Assembly: GCA_026026165.1 (NCBI GenBank)
Contig: JAPEUD010000034.1
Location: forward strand, 1-64,000
Direction of reading: 5' to 3'
Length of the DNA stretch: 64,000 bases
Source: Sarea resinae
Lineage: Eukaryota
Positions 48,628-59,966 of this stretch are shown here, piece after piece. A program made the translations under genes and the position numbers. Numbering within the stretch: the stretch's first letter is position 1; the number at the start of each line of letters is the position of its first letter. Below the pieces are notes generated by a model. It made no database searches. It was not told where the DNA came from and saw nothing but the letters and a program-made list of their open reading frames with translations.

Positions 48628-49868
48628 TTATCTATTGCCCAAAGCACGCGCAACCACATTCTTAGGCATACAGCTGGCAGGAGTCAGCAGCTTCATGAAT
48701 GCGCCGTGGTGAGACGGATGAGACTTACTATATTGGATGAACATCTTCGAGTCCTGCATAGTGAATCAAACTTAAGCCGGCTATGGCGAAATTAGTGTGG
48801 AATACGTCAACCATATCACCTGGTCTGTCCGAAAGACCACCTTTGTCAGGGTCCTAAAGAGAGATCAGCAAATGGCATCAATATACATCTCAATGCAAAT
48901 CTCAATGCAGCTCACTTGACACTTGAGAATGAAATTCGCTAGCTTCCCTCCGTCGATCCAGTGGAGACGATCTATCATAGCGAGGCTACTGCCTACCCAC
49001 CAACTGTAGCATGAGTCTTCTAATTTTTCTGGCCTCCCATTCAGACCTCCATTCTCCAATTGACGCTCGCTGAGCCACCCGCCCAGCCTGTCTTTGTCAA
49101 CGAGGTCCAAGCGATCAGCGATGGCTAATGCTCCAACACATGCGTAGATCTGGCCAGCATGAGACTCCGCTCCGGGACTGACCCCATAGCCGCCGTCAAA
49201 GTTCGCGCATGCTTGAACATGGGCGACTGCTTTGGGCATATCTACCAAAGACGTTAAGTGTAGCAAAGAGAGCGCGTTCAGCGCTCCGAACAGGAATCGA
49301 GTGTCTGTCTCTCCCCATTCATCGCCCGCAAATGAGCCCGTGCTCGAATCTTGGAGATCTGCGATGACTTCTAAGAGGTTAACACGCATCCGCCCCAGTA
49401 GTGGCAGGTGGGATTACATCTGCCGACCTTCTCCTTCCCCCCTCTATCGCCCCGGCTCAGTTCATCGACAGCGTCGAGAGTGACAAGAATCTGGACTGCG
49501 CTGACGGTGTACAGCATATGGGCATCATGACCTGGAGCAGCTCCAAAGCCACCGCTGTCATGTTGACACGAGAGCACATATTCGATGACTTCTTCTCGAG
49601 GCAGAGCTTCAGGATGACCTAGTAGATGCAGGGCAGTCAGACCCCAATAGAGCCCGTTCACTCGTAAGTGTTCTGTCAGCCAATACTCCAGCTCGTCCTT
49701 GCGCTAAAGCGGTCGTCAGCTCCCTCTGTGCGTCGATGCAGTTCCGGAGCAACGAACAGTATCGAGGCTTTGGATATACTGTACGTGTTTGTCGACGAAC
49801 AGCTGTAGCTCTGCCGGAATATCACCGGGCCGAGAGCCACCTCGCCCGGGCCCGGAAACGAGAGACAT
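48628..49868 (-). CDS. BET2: Rab geranylgeranyltransferase (GGTase II) beta subunit, 5 exons
   Basis: [93 protein letters not shown]. Confidence 0.96.
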
Positions 49869-52804
49869 GCCGCCAATTGATGGTGGGGGCTGAAGCGCCA
49901 ACGAGAGTGGCGTGAGCGAACAAAGAGCCGCTGAAGCAGAAGAATGGAGAAGTAGGTAGATGCAAAGCTCGCACAGTACAAGCTGTAGATCTGGCTCTCG
50001 TCGGTTTACGGGACTTAGGAAAATGCCTTTCCTTGTGGCAGGGTTGAGGTCGATGAGTACTCCGTACTACGTAGGTCGGGTAGATACCGCAGTGGATGCT
50101 TTGACTGCACTGGCGGCTAGGTAGGCAAGATAGCCCAGGAGGGAAGATGTCTACCCGAGCCAAAGCAAAGGGTACTTCGCTATACCTAACGACCGGGATT
50201 CAATGCGGTCGTGATCGGCACGAATGCGAGAGCACGAAGTATTCCAGAGTATAGAAAAGTCTCCAGATAGGTCGGTGAGCGTGGGCAATGGGATCGCTAA
50301 GAGTTCGAGAGATGGACGTGGACGATGTGACAGCGCTTGGCTCCGTGTGAGGAAGGTACCGGATAGGTACATTATCCTATCGCGTACTTCCCCAAGGACG
50401 GACCGTACCATGTAGGTACTCGAATGAGGCAGGGACTCGCACGGAGGAGAGGCCCGGCGCAAGATGACGACGTTGACTGTGACAAGTAGAGGGTACAAGG
50501 AGAGGGTCAGAGACCGGCGACCAGGGCTGAGGGGCCACATTGAGTCACGCACTTTAGGCATCTCCAAGATCGTTTCAGATTCTTTGGGGGTCGGTAGGGA
50601 TGCGCATGGCTACTTCACTAAGTGGTCCGCGAGGGGGCGAGGGGGCCAGAGGGCCAGAAGGACCAGTGAGAACTGGCCGATCACCTCTCTCTGAGGTCAC
50701 TATCAGCAGGGCAACGCGCTCTCCTCGGCCGGGCAGTCAGCGCCAACTGCTGTACCTTACGCAGTATGGGGTAGAGTAGTATGAACGAATTGTTACTCTC
50801 GAGGTCGTCAACCGAGGGTCCTCACCCTCCTTCTGAGGGCAGAGGAGCAGAGGAGCAGAGGAGAGAGGAGAGTGAGCCCCTGACTAGCAACGACGCACTG
50901 GCACCTTTTGCCATTATTGCACGGACAAGCGAGGACACTAAAAGGTGAACTACGAGATACTACGTAGTAGTCCGGCCCCTTAGCAGTGGCATTATTGCGT
51001 GTATCGTGCCCAAGATAGCTGTTCCCTCAGTGGACGATTACATAGTCGTACTATACTACTGCGCCGTCCTTGGTCTGCGAGGGGAGAGATGTGCTGTCGT
51101 TGAGTTGCGTGTCTCGAATCCACGACGAGAAAAAGAGAGAGGAGACATGGCTAGCCCTAAGACATCCATGATGCCGCTGACAGCCAGAGGCCAGCATATC
51201 CAGGTGTACCTACTATGAGTATGAAGTGAAGTGATCATCGACTTGCGCAATACCGCTTGGCTTCGTATATCTGGCGTAGAAGGAACGAGTACCAATCAGG
51301 TCCTGCTGTACTCAGAGCACTCGTACAGGCATCCGTTGATCGACATTCCGCATCCATGCTGTTACGGATCGAGTGGGCCTAGTCCGCACCAGGCTAGTCC
51401 AGGGATTCCGTCCTCCCCACCAGCGAGCGACGAGAGAGGCAGAGAGAGACAGACACAGAGAGAGAGCCAAAGAGGCGGCCAGAAGGTGACGAGAGGCGTG
51501 TCACTGATACTCCGAGTACTACCTTGCCTGAGATATCTTCGATTGCAATTTACCACAGTACTCTACTACTACTTTCGACGGGCTGATACACACCTCGACG
51601 CCTCTTCCTGACCATCGTCGAGTTCTTGACCCCTTCACTCCTTCGGTTGTCGTCGTCGTGGTCGTCGAGAGCCGTTGGGTCCCCGAGTTGCAATTGCTGC
51701 TCGGTCTCCCACAGAGTCAGCGAACTCTTGAGGGTTCCTGTTTGTCACGTTCTCACGGCCACCGACCGTGAGACGGGCCAGGAACCTCAACCACGACTCG
51801 GACAAAGAAAACTGGAAGAATCATCAAAGAGGTCAGCGCTGGACGCTATCTTCCGGAAACCGCTCGCAACCCAGCATCCTCTCTCGTGAGAAGCCATCGC
51901 CCGATTTCATCATCAGCATTCTTATTCACGACCGGCGCCGCGACTCTGCTGAAGAATCTAATACTCATCCTTCTGCTCTTGACCTCATCTCTCTCATACC
52001 CTCACGCCCAGATTCGCTCCACCACTCTCTCGGCGTTGAACCGCTAAGGCTCTGGATCAAAGAGTCATTCAAGTGTTTCAAAGCACAAAGCACAACCATC
52101 CAGCTTCGGCGTCCTGGTAAGCTCTGCACGATTCTCTTTCCATACTCTCTGCCAGTGAATGATTCACGTCACCGTCAACCGAACCTTGCCCATCGAATTC
52201 TCACTTACCTCCCTCGGAGGGTTGTCTAGACAATAAGGTAGATTTGAGGTCTGCTAGACGAGGTGGGCAAGTGAATGTAGCATGTGCTGCATACAGAAAC
52301 AAATTCTGGAGACTGACATTCGTGGTCCTGCAGATCAAACCGTTCAAGAATAGTACGGCTTCTAGAAGGATTCTTGAAACGGAATACATAGTCGATTTTG
52401 TTTCATTACGCCTTCGCTTTGTTCGATCCCACCAGTCAAGCACACCACACGGGTTCCTGCGGCACGCAGCAAGGGACAAGCCGCATTCTTGCCGCAATTG
52501 CGAATTGCACTTGCCGAGCGATCGATACAAAAGAAATTTGACTCGAAAGAGAGAGGGTATCAACAACGCTTTCTGCAAGGTCAGATTATTGGTGTGATCA
52601 GCTAGTGAGGAATCTGTTCGAGGAGCACAGGCCAATCTGAGTGTGCAACACGAACTGTAATATCGTTTCACTGGCAGAAGACGGACTCAAGTCAATAGAT
52701 CGCAGAGACCTGTCTGCTTCTCTTACTCTCGAAACCATCAACGACCCATCTGCCTTTCGTTGACGGTAACAGCGCCAACTCTGTCCTAGGCAACGGCAAC
52801 TTGT

Positions 52805-55204
52805 ATGGCAACGCACGATTCCAAGATGCCGCAAGCCTCGACACTCTCGGTGGTGGTTCCTTCGACCGCACCATCGCCTCATCGTGAGGAAGCTTCTCCA
52901 GTAAGCCCACGATCCACCAGATTGGGCCTGCAGGAACGCTCTCGGTCGGCGAACTTGCTTCATCGAATTCGGAAGAACGAGGATTCACCAGTCGCTCCAA
53001 TACAAACGTCGCAAGCTCCAACCAATGAACCTGAGAGGGCCATCATAAGATCGCCAACATTTCCATCCGTATCTCTTCCCAAGTCCCCCAATTTCTCCAT
53101 AAAGCATACCCGAGAGCCATCAAGATCTCTGCTTTCGAATTCCAAAGCGTCAAAATCATCCGGACGCATCCAGCCGACGGAAAACTCTATCAGACAAGTC
53201 TCCGAGGGGCATAGCGAAGGGGACCGGAAAAGCTCAAAAGTCTATCCTTCTGGGAGAGTCTATGGCTCATCCCCAGACCTGAGTCCTTCAGCCGGAGCAT
53301 TCGATGAAAATGGTATGTAACGCTCAGAGTGATAAATGACGCAAACATCTAACATCGGAGCAGTCGATCCGGCGATCCGTCACCGTCGTCCTACCGAAGC
53401 CACTATTCGGACCGGCGGCTTGCAACATTCGAACGATTCCAACTCCGATGTCTCGAAGAAAGCGAAGCCAAGATTTGCACACCTCCTGAATCGTACTCGC
53501 TCAATCAAGGTCGAAGAACCTCCTCGGAAGATCAGACCTTCAGCTCCCAGCCGTCTTCTCACGCCAGATGATATTATCCATAAGGGTAGTTCTGTTGAAT
53601 CGAGTGGTCTGAAGACAGCACCTCTTCAGCACGAGAAAGATCGGTCGTTCAGGGACATGATGAGCTCTACTATTCGAAATCGTTCAGCCGATCGTCGTGG
53701 GGGCACAGATTCGGAGGAAGAGAGCATTGCTTCCAGTAATAAGAAAGAGCCTTTCTCCATGTCTTCGTCACTCAAAGACGGCAGCGGCGCGGCATTTTTA
53801 TCCAACATCAAATCTTCATCGAGCAAGGCCGCAGATGGGATCGGAAAGGCTGGGAAGGCTGGAAAGGGTTTCTTTGGGAAGCTCACTCGGAGTGGAAGTA
53901 GCAATGAGAAAGAGAACGTTGCTGATGAGCTTTACGTCTGCACGGTCATTAATCTGCCATTGGTCGAACAGACTCGCCGTACAAGAATATCTAAGAGGCT
54001 CGAACATTCCAGAGACAAGACCGAATTCTGGATGCCCGCGTTGCCATATAGGTGCATTGAGTAAGGGTTCCTCTCGCAGTCTTCATTTGTCCTCATTCCT
54101 AATGCATGTTGCAGTTACTTGAACCTCAAAGGCAGTGAGGTCGAAGGCCTTTATCGAGTTCCAGGAAGCGGTCAGCGGGTGAAAGAATACCAGCGTCGGT
54201 TCGACAGTGGTAAGCCTACCCCCTCGATGAAAGTACTCTAGTTTTCCTAACGTGTTATTGCAGAATTGGACATTGATTTATTCGACGAAGAGAGCCTGTA
54301 CGACATCAACATCATTGGATCGATGTTCAAAGCCTGGTTGCGCGAGCTGCCTGATGAGATTTTCCCCAAATCTACTCAAGCTAAAATTTTCGAAATCTGC
54401 CATGGATCAACAGAGACACCTCAGATGCTCAAGGATGAACTGTCCAAGCTTCCACCATACAATTACTACCTTCTGTTTGCCATCACCTGCCACATCAGCT
54501 TGCTTCACCAACATTCTGAGCAGAACAAGATGGACTTCCGCAACCTATGCATCTGCTTCCAGCCATGCATTAAGATTGATGCATTCTGCTTCCAATTTCT
54601 TGTTTGTGATTGGAAGAATTGCTGGCAGGGTTGTTGGACTGAGAAGGAAGCCTTGGCTGAGGAGTACCGTATTCTTGACGGACATTCAGAATCGCCCAGC
54701 CCTGGCGACCATTCGGAAGCACATAATGATGAGCGCGCTCTATCATCTTCGGGTAGTAGTAAGCTCTCCGGAACAGCGAAGCAAACACCGGATAGATCTC
54801 GACCGCATCAGCAGGAGAGACCGCAGCCGGAGAAGGTTCAGCAAGAGAGGCATCACCACGAAAAGCATCAGCCGGAGACAAAGCAAGAGAGACATCAGCC
54901 GGAGAAGAAGAAGGAGAAGCATCAGCCGGAGAGGAAGCAAGAGAAGCATCAGTCGGAGAGGAAGCAAGAGAGCCAACAACCAGAGAGAAAGCAGGAGAGG
55001 CTACAGCCGGAGAGGAAGCAGGAGAGGCTCCAGCCAGAGAGAAAGCAAGAGAGGCATCAGCAGGAGCGAAAGCAAAAGGAGAGAGGCGTGGTGAAGTCTA
55101 GGGCTGAGATTACTCCGAGTCCGAGAAAGGATGATTCCAAAAAGAGTGATTCACAGCTTCCGGAATTGCTCCCCGTCCGGCCTCTTTCTCCTATTGGAAT
55201 TTGA
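52805..55204 (+). CDS. RhoGAP-domain protein, multi-exon, with repetitive C-terminus
   Basis: FWMPALPYRCI/YLNLKGSEVEGLYRVPGS (arginine finger), IGSMFKAWLRELPDEIFP, HSEQNKMDFRNLCICFQP; start could be 52805 or 52826. Confidence 0.9.
54805..55085 (+). repeat. Coding minisatellite, 27-nt unit (QPERKQE[RK][HL])
   Basis: About 8 full units plus degenerate ones, e.g. CAGCCGGAGAGGAAGCAAGAGAAGCAT. Confidence 0.92.
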
Positions 55205-55961
55205 GTCAGGTATTAGTTATTGACAGCATTTTCATGATTGCATTTCTGGCACAGAGGCCTTCACTTGTTTCTTTCGTGGTCGAATTCCAGAGAGGGTTTT
55301 CATTTTCGCACTCGTCTAATTGGCAGCGGATCTTTCAAGCATGCATGCATTCTTCGCTTCGTCACTTACAGCGCCTTTTTTCCTCTCCATTTGGGTTCCA
55401 TTAGCAGCATCATCACGAGTCTCTTTGAATACCCAAACTGATGTCTCCTTTCTACCAACACCCTTTACCATCTCCTTCAACCGTCTTTGCGAGAGCATTC
55501 CAGTCACCATCATTGGCTACAATGGACGTACGGATCGAATCTGCATGCACGGTTCTTTCTTTACCTTTATAATTCTGCAGCGAGCGAGCGAATGATGTAC
55601 GATAGGCGGCAAAAGATTCAAAGCGCGGTTGGGGGCCTTTGGTTCATGCAATCAAGCGAGTCAGGGCTAGACGAGAAGCCTTTTTTCCTTTTGTTTCAAG
55701 AATCAATCAAGATAAGATAGACGTCTATGTTCGCTTTTCCACAAGTGATCGTGATGGCTATTCCTTTTCCATACATGAAACTCCGCCAGCGCCCTTTTTG
55801 TGACCATGACCCACCACTAACGTCTCTTTGTAATCTTTGGGACAAATAATAGCGTCGTGATGTAGAAGGAAGTACGTGTGGAAGACTAGAAAAGGGCCAG
55901 CTGCCATTTACCAGTGCGAGATGTGAGATAGGAGGCGGGCGCGCAGACACACAGACACGAC

Positions 55962-56739
55962 CTAAGCGCCCATCTTCCTGCCCCTCCTATCATTCGCCCT
56001 CTCACGCCTCTCATTCCTCCTCACGCGCTCCTTTCTCTCTCTCCTGCCGGCGGCGCGCTCATTCTCGACCTCGCCCGTCCTCGCTTCCTTCTTCTCATCG
56101 ACCTCGACGAGCCACTGGCCCTCAGCCTCTTTGTTCTTGCCCTTGTACCCCCACTTCGGCACCCAGTCGCCCTTGGCCTCATCATACACCATCTTCCCGC
56201 CCGCCTCGCCTGCGCCCTTTTTCTTATCCTTGATCCCCGCTTTCAAAGCGAAGGCGGCCCATTTCGTCATCGGCTTGGCGGCCGGAACGGGTTTCTCGCG
56301 CGGGAGGGCCGTCTGTGGCGCCGGTAACGACAGGTGTACTCCCTGCGGCGTGGAGGCGATGGGGCATGTGGATAGGAGCTGATTGAGGAGTGCTTGTGCG
56401 CTATCGCGCGCAGTGGCGTGCAGCGTCGCTTCGTCCGTATTGGGCAGTGGGTTCGCATCGAGGGCTAGTAGGTTGCCCAGGTCGAAGGTGTAGGGTGTTG
56501 GCTTGGTCACTGTGATCGGACTGTATGGGGTTTTGTTCGCCATGTTAGTGAGGGTTGGGGACGCTGCACTCTTGTGTCCTTTTTTGGAGAGGGGAGGGGG
56601 AGAGGGGAAAAGAGATCAAGATGAAAACAGAAATAAGAGAAACGCACAGTCTTTGCGCCGTCTTTGTCGTTGTCGCACTGCCAGCTTCTGCGCCCGTCTC
56701 TGCCACAGTCGCAGTCACTGTATCTATCGCCATGGCCAT
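55962..56739 (-). CDS. RRS1: Ribosome biogenesis regulatory protein Rrs1 (one intron ~56521-56648)
   Basis: PITVTKPTPYTFDLGNLLA; ARDSAQALLNQL; LPREKPVP..KPMTKW; WVPKWGYKGKN; WLVEV. Upstream exon ends ...AQRL before GTGCGT...CTAAC...CAG. Confidence 0.93.
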
Positions 56740-57079
56740 TGTTGCCGCTGTTGTGCGTCTGTGGGCGTGGGGAGAAGAGATTCTCTGCCTATTCTCGAGA
56801 ACTCGATACCGTCGACGAGAAATATTAATTTTGGCTTGAGAGATACCTCACCGGATGCAGAGCTGCTTTTAAAAACAGATAGCGGTCCAGGGCGGGAATT
56901 AAGGCGGCGAGAAGACAGACAGCACGAGATGAGTCAGATATTACATAATGTAGCTATATTGCGGAGTAGAGACTCAACCGACACATCAAAAAGCTCGACC
57001 CGTCCATCACAGTAGAAGAGGCATTGCGACACTACAGCATCGCCATTCCTTGAGCTTCGGGCTCAGCTTCAATTGCATA

Positions 57080-58594
57080 ATGGCTACTCCAAGCTGTCGA
57101 CGATGTCTCCTCCACCCTCCTACCCGGCTCCCCCAACAGTCCGCCCCTCTCGCTCTCGCTCTCCCTCTCCGGTCCGCTGCCTCCTTCTCGACCACGTCGG
57201 CCTCCCTAGCAAAACCGCCGGCAGCAAGAGCCAATAATCCCGGCGCCGGAGCCCGTGGCACCAAGGCATTGAAGCTCAAGAAGAAGGCGTTTGTCAGGAA
57301 CGCAGGCCGGCCGCCTGCTCCGGGCGAGCGCAAGGCCATCCGCAAGCGAATCGTGCTCAGCAACATCAACGCCCTGGATGTGCCGGGCATGCAGGATCTG
57401 ACTCCAGAGACGATGGTGAATGCCGAGCTGCAGGGCCAGGTCGTTGGCTTGCCTGGTCCCGTCGTCGATCAATTGAGGGCTGTTGATGCTTTCAAGACGA
57501 CGCAGAGCTGGGGCCTTTTCAGGAAACCCGGCATGTTGATGCGAAAGGAGAGCGTGGAGCTGGGCAAGTTCATCGACGGCATGGCGGGCAATGGCAAGGA
57601 GACGATGAGACGCATCTTCACAGGCGATCGAGGCACAGGGAAGAGCATTGTGCTTCTGCAAGCCATGGCAATGGCCTTTCAAAAGGGCTGGGTCGTTATA
57701 AGCATCCCTGAAGGTGCGCACCCCCATTCATCAACTATGTATCTTCTCGACTTTCATCTAACTTACCCATTAGCCCAAGAATTGACGATAGCACACACCG
57801 CCTACGCTCCCATCTCAGGGACGGGCCCCACGCAATACAGCCAAAAGACGTACACGGCCACGCTTCTATCGCAAATCTCGCGCGCCAACGCCGACGTGCT
57901 CTCGGGGCTCACGCTCGCCCATAAGCACCCGAAGGTGCCGATTCCGCTACAAAGCAACATGTCGTTGCAGCGGCTCGCGGACCTAGGCGCGCGCGACCCG
58001 GACATCGCCTGGCCGATTTTCCAAGCCCTCTGGACCGAACTCACCGTGCCGGCAGAGTCCGCCTCCTCTACCTCCACCACCACTAGACCGCCAGTCCTGC
58101 TCGCTCTGGACGGTCTCGCCCACGTGATGAAACACTCCCTCTACCGCTCCGCCGATTTCAGCCCGATCCACGCGCACGACCTCGCCCTCGTCCGCTTCTT
58201 CACATCGCACCTCTCAGGCGCGCTCACCCTGCCGCAAGGCGGCGCCGTCCTCGCCGCCACGTCGGAATCCAACACGCCCTCGGCGCCAGCCATGGCCCTT
58301 GCTCTGGCACAGAACGAGGCCATCCAAGCCTCGTCGACCACAGCTTCGGGTCCACCGCAACCCAACCCCTTCCAGCCGCTCGACGACCGCGTCCTCGCCG
58401 CCCTCAAAGACGTCCCGACCACGCGGCTCGCCGGCCTCAGCCGCGACGAGGCCAGGGCCCTCATGGAGTATTGGGCGCTCAGCGGCGTGCTGAGACGCCG
58501 CGTCGACGAGGGCTTGGTCGCGGAGAAGTGGACGCTCGCGGGCCATGGCGTGGTCGGCGAGCTGGAGAAGGGGAGCGTCGTTATGCGTGTCTAG
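57080..58594 (+). CDS. RSM23: Mitochondrial small ribosomal subunit protein mS29 (DAP3/Rsm23); intron 57714-57773
   Basis: Arg/Ser-rich presequence; PAPGERKAIRKRIVLSN; LRAVDAFKTTQSWGLFRKP; P-loop GDRGTGKS; PPVLLALDG; LMEYWALSG. Confidence 0.9.
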   Translation: MATPSCRRCLLHPPTRLPQQSAPLALALPLRSAASFSTTSASLAKPPAARANNPGAGARGTKALKLKKKAFVRNAGRPPAPGERKAIRKRIVLSNINALDVPGMQDLTPETMVNAELQGQVVGLPGPVVDQLRAVDAFKTTQSWGLFRKPGMLMRKESVELGKFIDGMAGNGKETMRRIFTGDRGTGKSIVLLQAMAMAFQKGWVVISIPEGAHPHSSTMYLLDFHLTYPLAQELTIAHTAYAPISGTGPTQYSQKTYTATLLSQISRANADVLSGLTLAHKHPKVPIPLQSNMSLQRLADLGARDPDIAWPIFQALWTELTVPAESASSTSTTTRPPVLLALDGLAHVMKHSLYRSADFSPIHAHDLALVRFFTSHLSGALTLPQGGAVLAATSESNTPSAPAMALALAQNEAIQASSTTASGPPQPNPFQPLDDRVLAALKDVPTTRLAGLSRDEARALMEYWALSGVLRRRVDEGLVAEKWTLAGHGVVGELEKGSVVMRV

Positions 58595-58599
58595 TGTTA

Positions 58600-59960
58600 G
58601 TGTTGGTTGGTGGTGGTGCTGTTTGCGTCCAGGGAATGGTATGTGGGATGGTGGAGGAGGAGGGTAGGGGAGGGGAGAGGAGAGCAGAAGAGAGGAGAGG
58701 AGAAGAGAAAAGAGGAGAGCACAAGACAGGAGGGAGGGGGAAAGGAGACATATTGCCTTTCCTTTCCGTCCCTATTCTTCTCTGTTTTGGTTTTCTTTTC
58801 TTTTTCTTTTTTTCAAAGTTAGAGCTCTGTATGTATCATAACCCTCACTTTGTAACTATTTCTCCATCCGGATACTATACTATATTATATACACTTCGTG
58901 CCGTGCACATGGTAGTAGCCTAAACTGGACTTCTCTCACTTTGTTTTTCCCGGACCTACCTAGGTGCACGCCTACCTACCTAACTTACCTATTTTTTTTT
59001 TCTTTCCCCCCAAAGCCAGGGAAATGAGCAATGGGAATAGAAGTCGAAACAGAACAGAACCTACCCTGGCCTGACCAGACCTGACCTGACCTAGTCTACT
59101 GAACCTAACCAGACCTAACCTAACCTCCCTGAACCGAAGATATATCAGATCAGATACAGATACAGATACAGATATAGACACAGATACAGGTACAGATACC
59201 GAACGAAACGGATAGAGCATGCATATATATATATATGTGGCTGGAATTTCATACTACTACGTACGTTCGTACGTACGTACGACTAGACGAGACGAGACGA
59301 GACGAGACGAGACGGATTGACTAAGGATTCAGGGGGATCTTGAAAACCATTGTATTGAGGCTCTGACAGGGGTGGTGGACGTGACTGCGACTGTGATTGT
59401 GGCTGTGACTGTGACTGCGACTGTGGATGTGTGGGATCAATGGATGGATGGATGGATGGATGGATGGATGGGATCAATAAAACGCCGGCGTGGAGATAAG
59501 ATGGACGGATAAGATGGACGGATGAAGAAGACAAGACAAGACAGACGGGGAGACAGATAGTAGAAGAAAGTGCAGGTCCGCGTAGACTCCTTTTTCCCTG
59601 AGACGTGAGAGTATTGGGACGAGGATGTGATGGGACGAGTAAAAGATGAAATCGGGATGGCTGATTTTGGCACGGGGTTTGTGTGGGCGTGGAACGAGAA
59701 GGAGAAGGAGAAGGAGAAAAAGGGCATCGGTAAATGGCGGGAGAAAAGATGTGGATGAGCACAGACGGGATCAAGGTACCATGAGCTGATAACGGACGGA
59801 AGTAAAAGGGGGGAGAGAGAGAGAGAGAGATGTACGGGATAGGATAGGATGAGTGGGACGGATTGGAATTATCGTACCATACCGATAGGCTGGAATATAA
59901 TAGTAAGGGGAAGAATAGGCTGGAACAGGCTCGTAATGAAGCGGTACAAAAACAAGCAGA
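58600..59960. repeat. Microsatellite-dense convergent spacer
   Basis: (CCTGA), (GATACA), (TA), (CGTA), (GACGA), (GACTGT), (GATG), (GA) runs in succession. Confidence 0.9.
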
Positions 59961-59966
59961 AAGGAA

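Noticed and set aside
40287..49868. Functional cluster of RCY1 (CAAX) with prenyltransferase BET2
   Set aside because: GGTase II modifies Rab CC/CXC tails rather than CAAX proteins in general; proximity alone is not evidence.
50000..52800. Several 100-156 aa ORFs between BET2 and the RhoGAP
   Set aside because: No domains or codon bias; consistent with promoter and long 5' UTR.
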